This document shows, one piece after another, positions 9,569 to 17,569 of a stretch of 64,000 bases of DNA (position 1 is its first letter; each line of letters begins with the position of its first letter). The position numbers were made by a program, and so were the translations under genes. The DNA is from a virus, in IMG/VR virus record IMGVR_UViG_3300029922_000014, positions 64,001 to 128,000 of that record. One strand, given 5' to 3'. The notes below the pieces were generated by a model, which did not search any database, had not been told where the DNA came from, and saw only the letters and a list, made by a program, of their open reading frames with translations.

Positions 9569-9898
9569 TTACAGCAGGTGAATGATCATGTCGGACCCTG
9601 CCCGCTGATGAGCGACGCTGCGACCGGTAATCGACAAGTCGCGCAGCTTGCCATCGGGACCGATCTCGAAAACGACCAGACCGCGGTCGTTCGTGCGCTG
9701 AATGTCAATGCCGCCGTCTTCTTCGACATCGAAGTCGACAAAGCCTTCAGGGAGCATGCGCAGAAGAGCGTCGGCAGCAGCACGCGCAGGGCTGTGTTCA
9801 CGAATACGATCACAGCACGCACATTGGATGCGCCCATCCGCGAGGATCCTGTGTTCCGTCGTACGGTCGCACGTCTTGCATGTTCCTGTAGTAGTCAC
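9569..9898 (-). CDS. Hypothetical zinc-ribbon protein
   Basis: CKTC...CACC; GGAGG SD and GTG start. Confidence 0.5.
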   Translation of the reverse strand: MTTTGTCKTCDRTTEHRILADGRIQCACCDRIREHSPARAAADALLRMLPEGFVDFDVEEDGGIDIQRTNDRGLVVFEIGPDGKLRDLSITGRSVAHQRAGSDMIIHLL

Positions 9899-10542
9899 GC
9901 GGTTTCCTTCTTGACGTCCAGATAGGCATGCGCTTCGACCCATGGTTTGCCGGGCGGATGGAACCCCCACGGCCGGCGAAACGCGCCCATCTGCACGATC
10001 GACACCGTACCCGGCTCGACGTTTTTGACAGCGTGCAGGTCTTCCGCCTTGTGGATGATCCTGTCTCCCGCGCAGTGGTCCTTGAAGATCGTCGTCAGCG
10101 GGCCGCGAATGATGATCGGTTCAATGACACGCTGTTCTCCGGTATGGTGGTTTACGCTTATCCGCTGCGAATTGTAGTCGCGTCCCCGCTGCGGCCAGTC
10201 GAGCGCAGGAAGCTCCTCGCTGTACATGCCTTCGAGGAGATAGCTGACAAAGTCGCACGGATGATCGTGCAAGGCATCATCGTCATCACCCCTGGCGAAG
10301 AAATGCAGCACCGTCGCGAGATGAACGCTGTGAAGATCAGAGTCACCTGGGGCTTTCGGAGTGAGCCAGCAGCGCAGCAGGTACGGCGTGTCGGAGGTGC
10401 GCCCGGTGAAGATGCGCCAACGCCCACCGTAAACGGCAGCAAACGCGGCTTGTTCCCACCACAGCCCATGTGGCGACTGCTGTTTCTTCCTCGCGAGGTG
10501 CGCCGCGTTATGGATCAGTTCGCAGGCTTGTTCAGTGCTCAT
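9895..10542 (-). CDS. Cupin-fold phage protein
   Basis: LH.F...DDDDALHDHP.DF.S..L.G.Y.EE...H.AEDLH. Confidence 0.65.
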   Translation of the reverse strand: MSTEQACELIHNAAHLARKKQQSPHGLWWEQAAFAAVYGGRWRIFTGRTSDTPYLLRCWLTPKAPGDSDLHSVHLATVLHFFARGDDDDALHDHPCDFVSYLLEGMYSEELPALDWPQRGRDYNSQRISVNHHTGEQRVIEPIIIRGPLTTIFKDHCAGDRIIHKAEDLHAVKNVEPGTVSIVQMGAFRRPWGFHPPGKPWVEAHAYLDVKKETA

Positions 10543-10823
10543 GACCGTTCACCGCGATCAAAGAAGTGCCACACAAATTGCCCGTGGTCGGTTTGGATGG
10601 TAGTAAGATAGAGGCGGATATTTGCATCGGGATCCGGAACCTGCATGCCCGTACCAAAGCATTCGATGATACGACGAACTGGCTTGGCGTGCGGATCAAT
10701 CAGCGCCCACAAAAACAGCCGATTGTGTTGATGCTGGATGCTCAATATTTTCGCCCCTGGCGACAACGGAATCTCTTGAACATCCGCTATCTCAACGGAA
10801 AACTTGTGAATGGTCAAGGACAT
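10539..10823 (-). CDS. Conserved small phage protein (DUF7352-like)
   Basis: IHKF...P.GAKILSIQ.Q...LWALID...GTG...Y..T.Q....VWHFF. Confidence 0.6.
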   Translation of the reverse strand: MSLTIHKFSVEIADVQEIPLSPGAKILSIQHQHNRLFLWALIDPHAKPVRRIIECFGTGMQVPDPDANIRLYLTTIQTDHGQFVWHFFDRGERS

Positions 10824-11008
10824 GGTTCCGACTCCGTAGTAGGGTTCTTGCGCTCTTTGTCGAGGGCATCGAGACATTTGCGCAGGCGCTTGATGGCCTT
10901 CAGCGGGGTTTCATCCACGGCGCGCAGGATAACCATCCCGGTCCTGGTTTTCACTTCGACAGCGTTGCCGGCGACGCCGACCTTGAGGAATGGATCGTTG
11001 ATGATCAT
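10814..11008 (-). CDS. Hypothetical protein
   Basis: ATGA-coupled. Confidence 0.45.
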   Translation of the reverse strand: MIINDPFLKVGVAGNAVEVKTRTGMVILRAVDETPLKAIKRLRKCLDALDKERKNPTTESEPCP

Positions 11009-11565
11009 TGCGCACGCGGCGATTTCATGGAGGAAACGGACCGCGCGGCGATACTCTGACGATAGCGCGCTTCGATGATGACAGCCTCTTCCTGACCGAA
11101 CTCGTTGGCAAGGTCGTGGTATGCCGCACGCCCTGGACACTCCCATACGAGATCATTGTCGCTTTGTAGTGCGCTCGCCCTTTTTGGCGTCTGGTGCAAG
11201 AACTCCCGGGCCATTTCCCAAATGGTGTTGTATACCGCCTCTGCCATTTCCGCAGGGAGCGGGTCTGCCCGCAGATACGCGGTACAAATCTGCCAGAGTT
11301 CATCCGACGTGATGCCCCGGCGCCCCTCTTCGATCTCAACCAGAATCGGGAAGGACCAGCCAAGCTGATGCGCTGCCTGCGTAGTGGTCAATCCGCACTT
11401 CTCGCGAAGGTCGCGCAGCTTCATTCCGATCGCCTGCCAGTCGATTGTCTTCGACGGCGCGTCGCGCTTTACCCTGCGGTTCACGAGGTATGCGACGGTA
11501 GCACCACACGAATAGAGCACTGCCAAAACAGCAGCCAAAAACACGATGGCGGCAATGATTGACAT
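11005..11565 (-). CDS. Membrane-anchored XRE-family HTH protein
   Basis: N-terminal hydrophobic helix; IGMKLRDLREKCGLTTTQAAHQLG.S...LVEIEEGRR; ATG inside Box A. Confidence 0.75.
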   Translation of the reverse strand: MSIIAAIVFLAAVLAVLYSCGATVAYLVNRRVKRDAPSKTIDWQAIGMKLRDLREKCGLTTTQAAHQLGWSFPILVEIEEGRRGITSDELWQICTAYLRADPLPAEMAEAVYNTIWEMAREFLHQTPKRASALQSDNDLVWECPGRAAYHDLANEFGQEEAVIIEARYRQSIAARSVSSMKSPRAQ

Positions 11566-11572
11566 CGTGTCA
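11560..11572. promoter_or_regulatory. Box A palindrome
   Basis: Exact copy providing the stop of 11570..11911 and the ATG of 11005..11565. Confidence 0.85.
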
Positions 11573-11911
11573 GTCCTGACGGGGGTCGCGGATGGCGCGG
11601 TTCGGCAGCTTGCGGATACGCTCACGCTCGACGTAGTCGTCGATCAGGCCCCAGGCAGCATCTTCGGTTTCGGCCGCAGGGAAGCCGGTGGCAAAACCTT
11701 CAAGGCAGGTCTCTTCCAGGTGAACCCAGACCGGCCACCACCAGTTCCACTTCTCAGGAACGAAGAGCTTTTCGCTTTGGACGTGGACGACGCGGTATTT
11801 CGTGCGCCTGGACGAACCGCCGCAGGTTTCCGATCCGATCAGGATCCACAGGAGCCAGATCGGGCCGAGGATGATGAGAGCCAGCAGCACGATGTCGGTA
11901 GCCGGATTCAT
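11570..11911 (-). CDS. Hypothetical membrane protein
   Basis: N-terminal TM segment. Confidence 0.55.
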   Translation of the reverse strand: MNPATDIVLLALIILGPIWLLWILIGSETCGGSSRRTKYRVVHVQSEKLFVPEKWNWWWPVWVHLEETCLEGFATGFPAAETEDAAWGLIDDYVERERIRKLPNRAIRDPRQD

Positions 11912-12156
11912 GTGGGTTCCGCAGTCATAAAAGCGGGCAAGTTGGCGCTGATGTGCGCCAGATAGCGCGGGTGGATGAGCAGATGCGCGGTTCCGCCAGA
12001 CGGTTCGACGCTGGTAATGCGGCCAACGACAAACCCATCGCGCGTGAGCACGTCGCCTGCCATCGCCGCGTATCCGCCAGCATCAGGGTCCCACGGTGTG
12101 ACGTTCATCCGCGCCTTCACCCAGGACTTTTCTTCGTAGGCGACACCGGAGTTCAT
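11908..12156 (-). CDS. Hypothetical protein
   Basis: ATGA-coupled on both sides. Confidence 0.5.
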   Translation of the reverse strand: MNSGVAYEEKSWVKARMNVTPWDPDAGGYAAMAGDVLTRDGFVVGRITSVEPSGGTAHLLIHPRYLAHISANLPAFMTAEPT

Positions 12157-13124
12157 TGCGGCAGTTCCCAGCCCAGACCGAGGCATTGCGCGCAGGACGG
12201 ATGCCCAGGCGGTCCGAATATCGCGTTGTGGTGCCCGGTGCCCTTACAGTGGCGGCAATCGACCGGCGGCGCCTGGGGCAGTTCCATCCACACGGCGTCC
12301 TTGTCCACCTCGACACCGATGACGGCCCCGCTGCACCAGACGCCGCGATTGTTTCCGCCGGTAAGGTAACGCATCACCTGCCATGAACTGTCCCGCCACA
12401 TAAACACGTTGCGTCCAGTGTCAGGAACGGTGAGCGAAACGGGATAGAGCGAAGCGCGCATGGTCGCACGTAGCGCCTTGCGCGTTCCCTCAAAGGTCGC
12501 CATGGTCCCGCCCGCTGCGATCTCCACGGGCTTGAGCGCAGGAACTGTCGGGAGAGCATCCGAGGCTTCTTCCGACGAGGTGCGGTGATTGAAGCGCGCC
12601 ACCGCCCCCGGCGCAGGCGGCAGGCACGGACCGTCGTGATGAAGATCACGGACGCAATGTGGACAACGTGCAGGCGTAGTGGGTTCGGCGGCCGGGTCCT
12701 GATCACTGCCCTTGACGACGGAGTAACCGTCACCGACATCACGCCATTCCGGCGCCGGGGAGGCCGCTGGGAGGCTCTTGGCAGGGCTTTCGGGCGTGGG
12801 CGGTACCGGCGGTGAGGGTTTGTCCTCGCGCATGACCTGAACCGCCAATTCGGGGCTCTCCCAGTCCAACCCCAGCTTGATGCAGCGGGCCTTGGTCACG
12901 TAGTAGCCGTCGTTCGGTTCGACCGGCATGATGGAGACGCGGCCGACTTCCTTCTGCACGCGCTCTGTCCACTTACGCTTGGCCTTTTCCGCCTCTTCGC
13001 GCGTGGGAAAGGTCGCAGCGCCGGTGCGGTTTGCAAAGTTGTTCCGGGAGAAGACGGGCTCATTGGACATGGTGCCCAGGAAGATGCCCATGTCGTCGGT
13101 GGTGATCAGAAAGCGTGCGGTCAT
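12153..13124 (-). CDS. Hypothetical multidomain protein with C-terminal CxxCxGxG zinc finger
   Basis: CRHCKGTG...CAQCLGLG; Pro-rich linker. Confidence 0.6.
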   Translation of the reverse strand: MTARFLITTDDMGIFLGTMSNEPVFSRNNFANRTGAATFPTREEAEKAKRKWTERVQKEVGRVSIMPVEPNDGYYVTKARCIKLGLDWESPELAVQVMREDKPSPPVPPTPESPAKSLPAASPAPEWRDVGDGYSVVKGSDQDPAAEPTTPARCPHCVRDLHHDGPCLPPAPGAVARFNHRTSSEEASDALPTVPALKPVEIAAGGTMATFEGTRKALRATMRASLYPVSLTVPDTGRNVFMWRDSSWQVMRYLTGGNNRGVWCSGAVIGVEVDKDAVWMELPQAPPVDCRHCKGTGHHNAIFGPPGHPSCAQCLGLGWELPQ

Positions 13125-13798
13125 GGCAGCCCTTCAGGGTACAGCGTGCGTTCGAGGTCGGCGTCTTCGTCTTCTTCCTTGACCGACGGACTGACGTCGA
13201 TGGCAGCTTCGCGCTTTTCGTCGGCGGTCTTGTGCCGCTTCACGAAGTAGAGGTTATCGACTGCCAGCACATCAGGGTGGTCGGTGTTCGACGTGCTCTC
13301 GACATCAAAGCCCAGCGCTTTGATCTCGGCCAGGGCGCGGAGCATGACGTCGCGGGCTTCGGCGTCGTAGTCGCGGATGTGGGGACAGACGATGTCCCAC
13401 TTCAACACACAGCAATCGTACCAGGGACCAAACGTATTGTATTCCATGTCGGTGCCACCGGCACGGTGCAGGCGGTCGATCAAGACGGCGCGATGGGGCG
13501 GACGGACTTCGCGCCAACCCGGCGTGACGATCATTTCAATGTAGTCACTGATCAACGAGTCGCCATTCGACCACGCACACTTGAAGTACAACCGCGCGGA
13601 CTTGTACGAGTAACAGGCATCGCGGCTGTACGCCTCTTTGGTCGCACGCCAATGCACGCCACCGCGAACGATCGCACCCCAGCGCTGTTGCTGGTCACGG
13701 GTAACGCGATTGAGGTCGACGGTGGGCTGTCCTGGAACGGTCGGTAGTTCGGCCATCAGGGCGTTGAGTTGCTGTTTTTTCTCTTCTTCAATGGTCAT
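13121..13798 (-). CDS. Hypothetical protein
   Basis: ATGA-coupled. Confidence 0.6.
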   Translation of the reverse strand: MTIEEEKKQQLNALMAELPTVPGQPTVDLNRVTRDQQQRWGAIVRGGVHWRATKEAYSRDACYSYKSARLYFKCAWSNGDSLISDYIEMIVTPGWREVRPPHRAVLIDRLHRAGGTDMEYNTFGPWYDCCVLKWDIVCPHIRDYDAEARDVMLRALAEIKALGFDVESTSNTDHPDVLAVDNLYFVKRHKTADEKREAAIDVSPSVKEEDEDADLERTLYPEGLP

Positions 13799-14430
13799 GA
13801 CTTGGTCTTTTCCAGAGCGGTGTTGATGCGTTCTTCGAGCTTGGCTTCGCGGGCGCATTCAAGCGACGCCAGCAACGCCTCACGCAGCAGAGCGATCTTT
13901 TCGGCGTCGGTCACGGCTTCGCCGGAATGGATGTAGTCCATGACGTTGTCGGAAAGTCCGCAGAAGGCGAGCAGCGCCTGACAAGCTGCGACTCCCTCTG
14001 CGGTCATCTTCCGCCGCACCTCCAGCACATTCTCACGCCGCTGCATAAGCATGTGTGAGTTGAAAACGTGTTCCGCTGCACGTGCGTCGAGCACGCAGTG
14101 GATGTACACTTTGCTGTGCGTCCACTTGTACAAGTTGTGCGCGGAAAAGGCGTACCAGATCAGGTCCACGCGCACCATATGTTCAGCAAGGTTCAAAAAC
14201 CATTGTGCTTCACCCGGCACGGTACCGTTGCCGTGAAAGCCCAGGAGCATAGCCACGTGTCCGTATTCAACCTCGACGCTTTCATCGTCGCGTAGTGCGT
14301 TGTCGATCGCATTGACGATCCGGAACCGGCGCTTCTCGGGCAGGTCTGCGCCGCTGGCTGCCATCAGCGCCGCCAGGGGACCGGTGCGAAACTTGACGAT
14401 CTCGTCGTCTGCGATGAAAGGATCAGACAT
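13795..14430 (-). CDS. Hypothetical protein
   Basis: ORF in operon. Confidence 0.55.
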   Translation of the reverse strand: MSDPFIADDEIVKFRTGPLAALMAASGADLPEKRRFRIVNAIDNALRDDESVEVEYGHVAMLLGFHGNGTVPGEAQWFLNLAEHMVRVDLIWYAFSAHNLYKWTHSKVYIHCVLDARAAEHVFNSHMLMQRRENVLEVRRKMTAEGVAACQALLAFCGLSDNVMDYIHSGEAVTDAEKIALLREALLASLECAREAKLEERINTALEKTKS

Positions 14431-14432
14431 GG

Positions 14433-14903
14433 TCAAGCATCCCGAGGCAGGGAAATGGTATGTCCGTTGACAAACAACGTCGTCGAACGGTGTGGTTGAA
14501 GTTTCGCACGACACAGCGCCTGCATCAGCAGGGATTCCGTGACCGTGATCTTGGTACCTGGAAACGTAGTGATTCGGTGAAGGTCGGCGCGGACGACTTT
14601 CAACAAACACTCCAAAAATTCTTCAGTGACGGTCTGCCGACTCTGCGATGCAGGTTCCTCGGCCCACCATGCCTGATCGAAGTCCGCCATGGCCAACCCA
14701 GGGGACGCGCCGGTACCGACAACGCCTTCTTGCAGATTGGCGCCGAAGCAGGCAATCCAGGTATCGCCGTCTTGGGTCAGGCGCGGCGGAAAGATCACGC
14801 ACGGGCGCGTGCGCTCTTCCATCTCAACCTGCGCGTGAACGCGCTGCATGTGGCGCACACCGGCCAGATTCTCAGCGTCGCGTTGTTCAGCTTCCGTGCT
14901 CAT
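14433..14903 (-). CDS. Hypothetical protein with HicB-like segment
   Basis: DGDTWIA...LQEGVVGTGASP..AMADFD; GGAG SD. Confidence 0.5.
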   Translation of the reverse strand: MSTEAEQRDAENLAGVRHMQRVHAQVEMEERTRPCVIFPPRLTQDGDTWIACFGANLQEGVVGTGASPGLAMADFDQAWWAEEPASQSRQTVTEEFLECLLKVVRADLHRITTFPGTKITVTESLLMQALCRAKLQPHRSTTLFVNGHTISLPRDA

Positions 14904-15108
14904 TTATGTCTCCAAAAGGCGTGAATGAAAATGATCGAACCCGATGCAGATGAACCACTGGATCCCGCTCATGCGTCACACCGGACCAGGGGATCGTAGT
15001 CACACATCAGCGCTGCAAAGCACGCCATCACATCACAGGTGTTGACGAAACGATTCGTCGACCACCAGCAGAGCAGGCGCGCAAGGAAGGTGATGTGGTA
15101 ACGCACGA

Positions 15109-15405
15109 TCAGTTGGCAAGCCGGATATGGGTGAACTCGCCGTTGGGTGCCAGCACCACCGGGTGGCAATACCGGCTGGAAGCGCCACTGAGCACCACGT
15201 ACAGGGTGCCATTGGCCAGCGCGGTGCAGAAGTTAACATCCTCGCGGATGAACGACCGTGCGCCGCGAACATCGTAGACGCCAGTGACTTTGTCTCCGAG
15301 CAGGCGAACGGCAGCGCGCAGCAGTCCAGGAATGGGGCGACCGGCAAAGACGAAGCTGTCGGTTTGCATGGCGGGCGGCGTCGGCTGTTTCTTGCTGCGG
15401 GGCAT
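15109..15405 (-). CDS. Hypothetical protein
   Basis: AGGAG SD; own promoter. Confidence 0.6.
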   Translation of the reverse strand: MPRSKKQPTPPAMQTDSFVFAGRPIPGLLRAAVRLLGDKVTGVYDVRGARSFIREDVNFCTALANGTLYVVLSGASSRYCHPVVLAPNGEFTHIRLAN

Positions 15406-15445
15406 GGCTGGCTCCTGATCCGTGGGATCGTCGGTTGTGCCGCTG

Positions 15446-15520
15446 ATGGTACCGACCTTGAATCCCTGTCAATGCGCAGTTTTCCGCGTCATGCACAAAT
15501 GGTCAATTGACATCGTGTCA
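15446..15520 (-). promoter_or_regulatory. Promoter TTGACA-N15-TACCAT with Box B (15484-15496) and Box A (15508-15520)
   Basis: Read directly from sequence. Confidence 0.75.
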
Positions 15521-15523
15521 GTC

Positions 15524-15555
15524 AACAAAAGCCCCTGGGAGGTCATCCCAGGGGC
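15524..15555 (-). terminator. Rho-independent terminator
   Basis: 10-bp stem GCCCCTGGGA/TCCCAGGGGC followed by TTTTGTT on the minus strand. Confidence 0.85.
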
Positions 15556-15592
15556 AGTGGTCATCGGTAGTCGATGCCGAGGCCGAGGCCGA

Positions 15593-15847
15593 TCAGGCGG
15601 TGTGGTTGGTCACGGTGATGGTCAGGTCGACGACTTCGACCTGGGTGCCGGCGTCGATGGAAACGACCGCGTCGGTGTCGATGTTCAGCGCGCTGCCGGC
15701 AGCCGGGTTGGCGGTGGCGCTGGCGGCCACGGGAACGGTGAGCAGCATGAAGGTGCCGCCGGAAAGGGCGTAGCCGGTGCCGATGGTGAGCGAGGCGACG
15801 TCGACGAGGGTCGGGACGGTCTCATTGTGGACGACTTTGGTGGTCAT
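15593..15847 (-). CDS. Small, probably abundant protein
   Basis: Very strong C-ending codon bias; followed by the terminator. Confidence 0.65.
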   Translation of the reverse strand: MTTKVVHNETVPTLVDVASLTIGTGYALSGGTFMLLTVPVAASATANPAAGSALNIDTDAVVSIDAGTQVEVVDLTITVTNHTA

Positions 15848-15956
15848 GGGATGGTTTCCTGAAGAGGGATGATGTGGATGAAGCAGGGGCGTGAACGATA
15901 AACGGCGTCGATGTCGATTCAAGCCAAGATCCCTTGAAGAATTGACGTAGTCGAAC

Positions 15957-16565
15957 TTACGCCGTGATCTTCAGCGCTTCGAGCAGCTTTTGCTTTTGTT
16001 CATCCCAGGACGGGAGCACGTTGCGCGCCTCCCACGTTCCGATGGACATGACGCTGCAACCGACGCGCTTGGCCAATTCCTCTTGCGTCAGTTTCAGGGC
16101 GTTGCGCGCTTCGAGCAGATTGAACGACGCAGGTTTATTGCCTGACGCCGCAACGGGCTTGACCGGATTCGGAGACGAAACCGTAGTGGTCACCGCCGCT
16201 TTCGGTGAGGCTGCTTTCGGGGGCGGCGTCGGGGGCCAGACTTTCGGATCCGTGCCCTTGGCAAGATTCTGCTGCGCCATCGCCTTGAACTTGGCAAGGG
16301 CCGCTTCATCGCGAAACAGGACCGTGCTACGATACGCCGTCGGCGCCAGGGCATTCAGTTCCTCGATGGTCAAGCCGGTCAGCTTGGACAACTCCGCTTG
16401 TACCACCTCGCGGATGCCGGGGTTGATTGGCCATTTGTCGCTGCGGAACATGTTGCTCAGCGTCGATGGCTTCAACCCTGCATCGGATGTGATTTTGTGC
16501 AGGGGAACACCGGTGGCGCGGCATAGCTCACGCAAGATGGCGGTCTGTGCTCGACGGTTGCTCAT
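15957..16565 (-). CDS. Transcription regulator with two XRE-type HTH domains
   Basis: N-term LHKITSDAGLKPSTLSNMFR; C-term LLEARNALKLTQEELAKRVGCSVMSIGTWE; Pro/Ala/Lys linker. Confidence 0.75.
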   Translation of the reverse strand: MSNRRAQTAILRELCRATGVPLHKITSDAGLKPSTLSNMFRSDKWPINPGIREVVQAELSKLTGLTIEELNALAPTAYRSTVLFRDEAALAKFKAMAQQNLAKGTDPKVWPPTPPPKAASPKAAVTTTVSSPNPVKPVAASGNKPASFNLLEARNALKLTQEELAKRVGCSVMSIGTWEARNVLPSWDEQKQKLLEALKITA

Positions 16566-16567
16566 GC

Positions 16568-16903
16568 TCAGGTTCCTTTCAGGAATTGCAGCGCCGCTTT
16601 GGCTTCGACTACCGTCGCTTTGTCCGCTTCGGAGGTTGGGAAGCCTTCGCCTTCGATCGCCACGAAGGAACTCTCAGCAATTGCGATCACGCGTTCAAGC
16701 AGATCCAGCACACTGCCTGGGGCGAAACACCCGGTGAGCGTGCGAATGGCTTTGAGGGCATCTGCTTCACTGATCTCAAACGGAATCGACAGCGGCTTGT
16801 CGTTCAGGACGTACCACGCTTCCGCCGGAGCGCCCAGGGAAGCGCGGTCGGCGCTGTAGTCCGCGTCCCCTGGATCGGGAAGAGCTTTTCGGTCATACGC
16901 CAC
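16568..16903 (-). CDS. Hypothetical protein
   Basis: ORF in operon. Confidence 0.5.
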   Translation of the reverse strand: MAYDRKALPDPGDADYSADRASLGAPAEAWYVLNDKPLSIPFEISEADALKAIRTLTGCFAPGSVLDLLERVIAIAESSFVAIEGEGFPTSEADKATVVEAKAALQFLKGT

Positions 16904-17273
16904 ACGCAGACTTGCAGGCGTCTTTCATCTCCGGGAACATCTCTCCGCGTTCGCACCACGCATGCTGCCACGTCTGCCAGTGCGCCTGAATGTGTGGGAG
17001 GAGATATTCCGAATGGATGGACGTTGTTCCGCCAAGTGCAAAACCGCGACGTTGACGCCACCGAAAAGCGGCATCGGGATACAGCGCTTTATCGGCGGCC
17101 CACAGCCGGAGACCTTCGACCAGCCTTTCAAATGCCGGGCGCATGTAGCGTTCTTGCTCCACCTCTGTGGGGCTATGCGCATGAAGACCAGCACGGTGAC
17201 AGATGTCGCAGCGGTCATCGGCAATAGCCATCACCCATCTCCTTTCGGTATCGCTCATCTGCCCGTAATCCAT
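16893..17273 (-). CDS. Hypothetical protein
   Basis: ORF in operon. Confidence 0.5.
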   Translation of the reverse strand: MDYGQMSDTERRWVMAIADDRCDICHRAGLHAHSPTEVEQERYMRPAFERLVEGLRLWAADKALYPDAAFRWRQRRGFALGGTTSIHSEYLLPHIQAHWQTWQHAWCERGEMFPEMKDACKSACGV

Positions 17274-17569
17274 ACGCTGAACATGACGGTAAGCAAAACC
17301 AGCGTGACCGCAGCAAGCACGATGATGACTCCCTCGCGATAGCGTTCATAGGCATACCCGCGCAGGATGGCCTGAACGTAGTCACCATTCAAATAGGCGT
17401 GATATTCCTGTTCGCCCATATTGCCGGGCACCTCGGGGTGCTCGCGCAGGAATCGGACAAGGTCATGGCCTTGGCCAAGAGAACAGTTCTTCAAGCTGAC
17501 AGTGTAAAGCACGGCTTCTCCGCAGGTAGACACAGTGGCACGGTCAGCTTTCCGTAGTCGATCGAGCAT
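17255..17569 (-). CDS. Hypothetical protein with C-terminal TM helix
   Basis: Hydrophobic C-terminus. Confidence 0.5.
   Translation of the reverse strand: MLDRLRKADRATVSTCGEAVLYTVSLKNCSLGQGHDLVRFLREHPEVPGNMGEQEYHAYLNGDYVQAILRGYAYERYREGVIIVLAAVTLVLLTVMFSVWITGR

Noticed and set aside
5034-11154. Active invertible segment bounded by the 25-bp inverted repeat
   Set aside because: No recombinase in the window, both copies lie in coding sequence, and the enclosed genes keep the same orientation as the flanks; retained only as an antisense/scar finding
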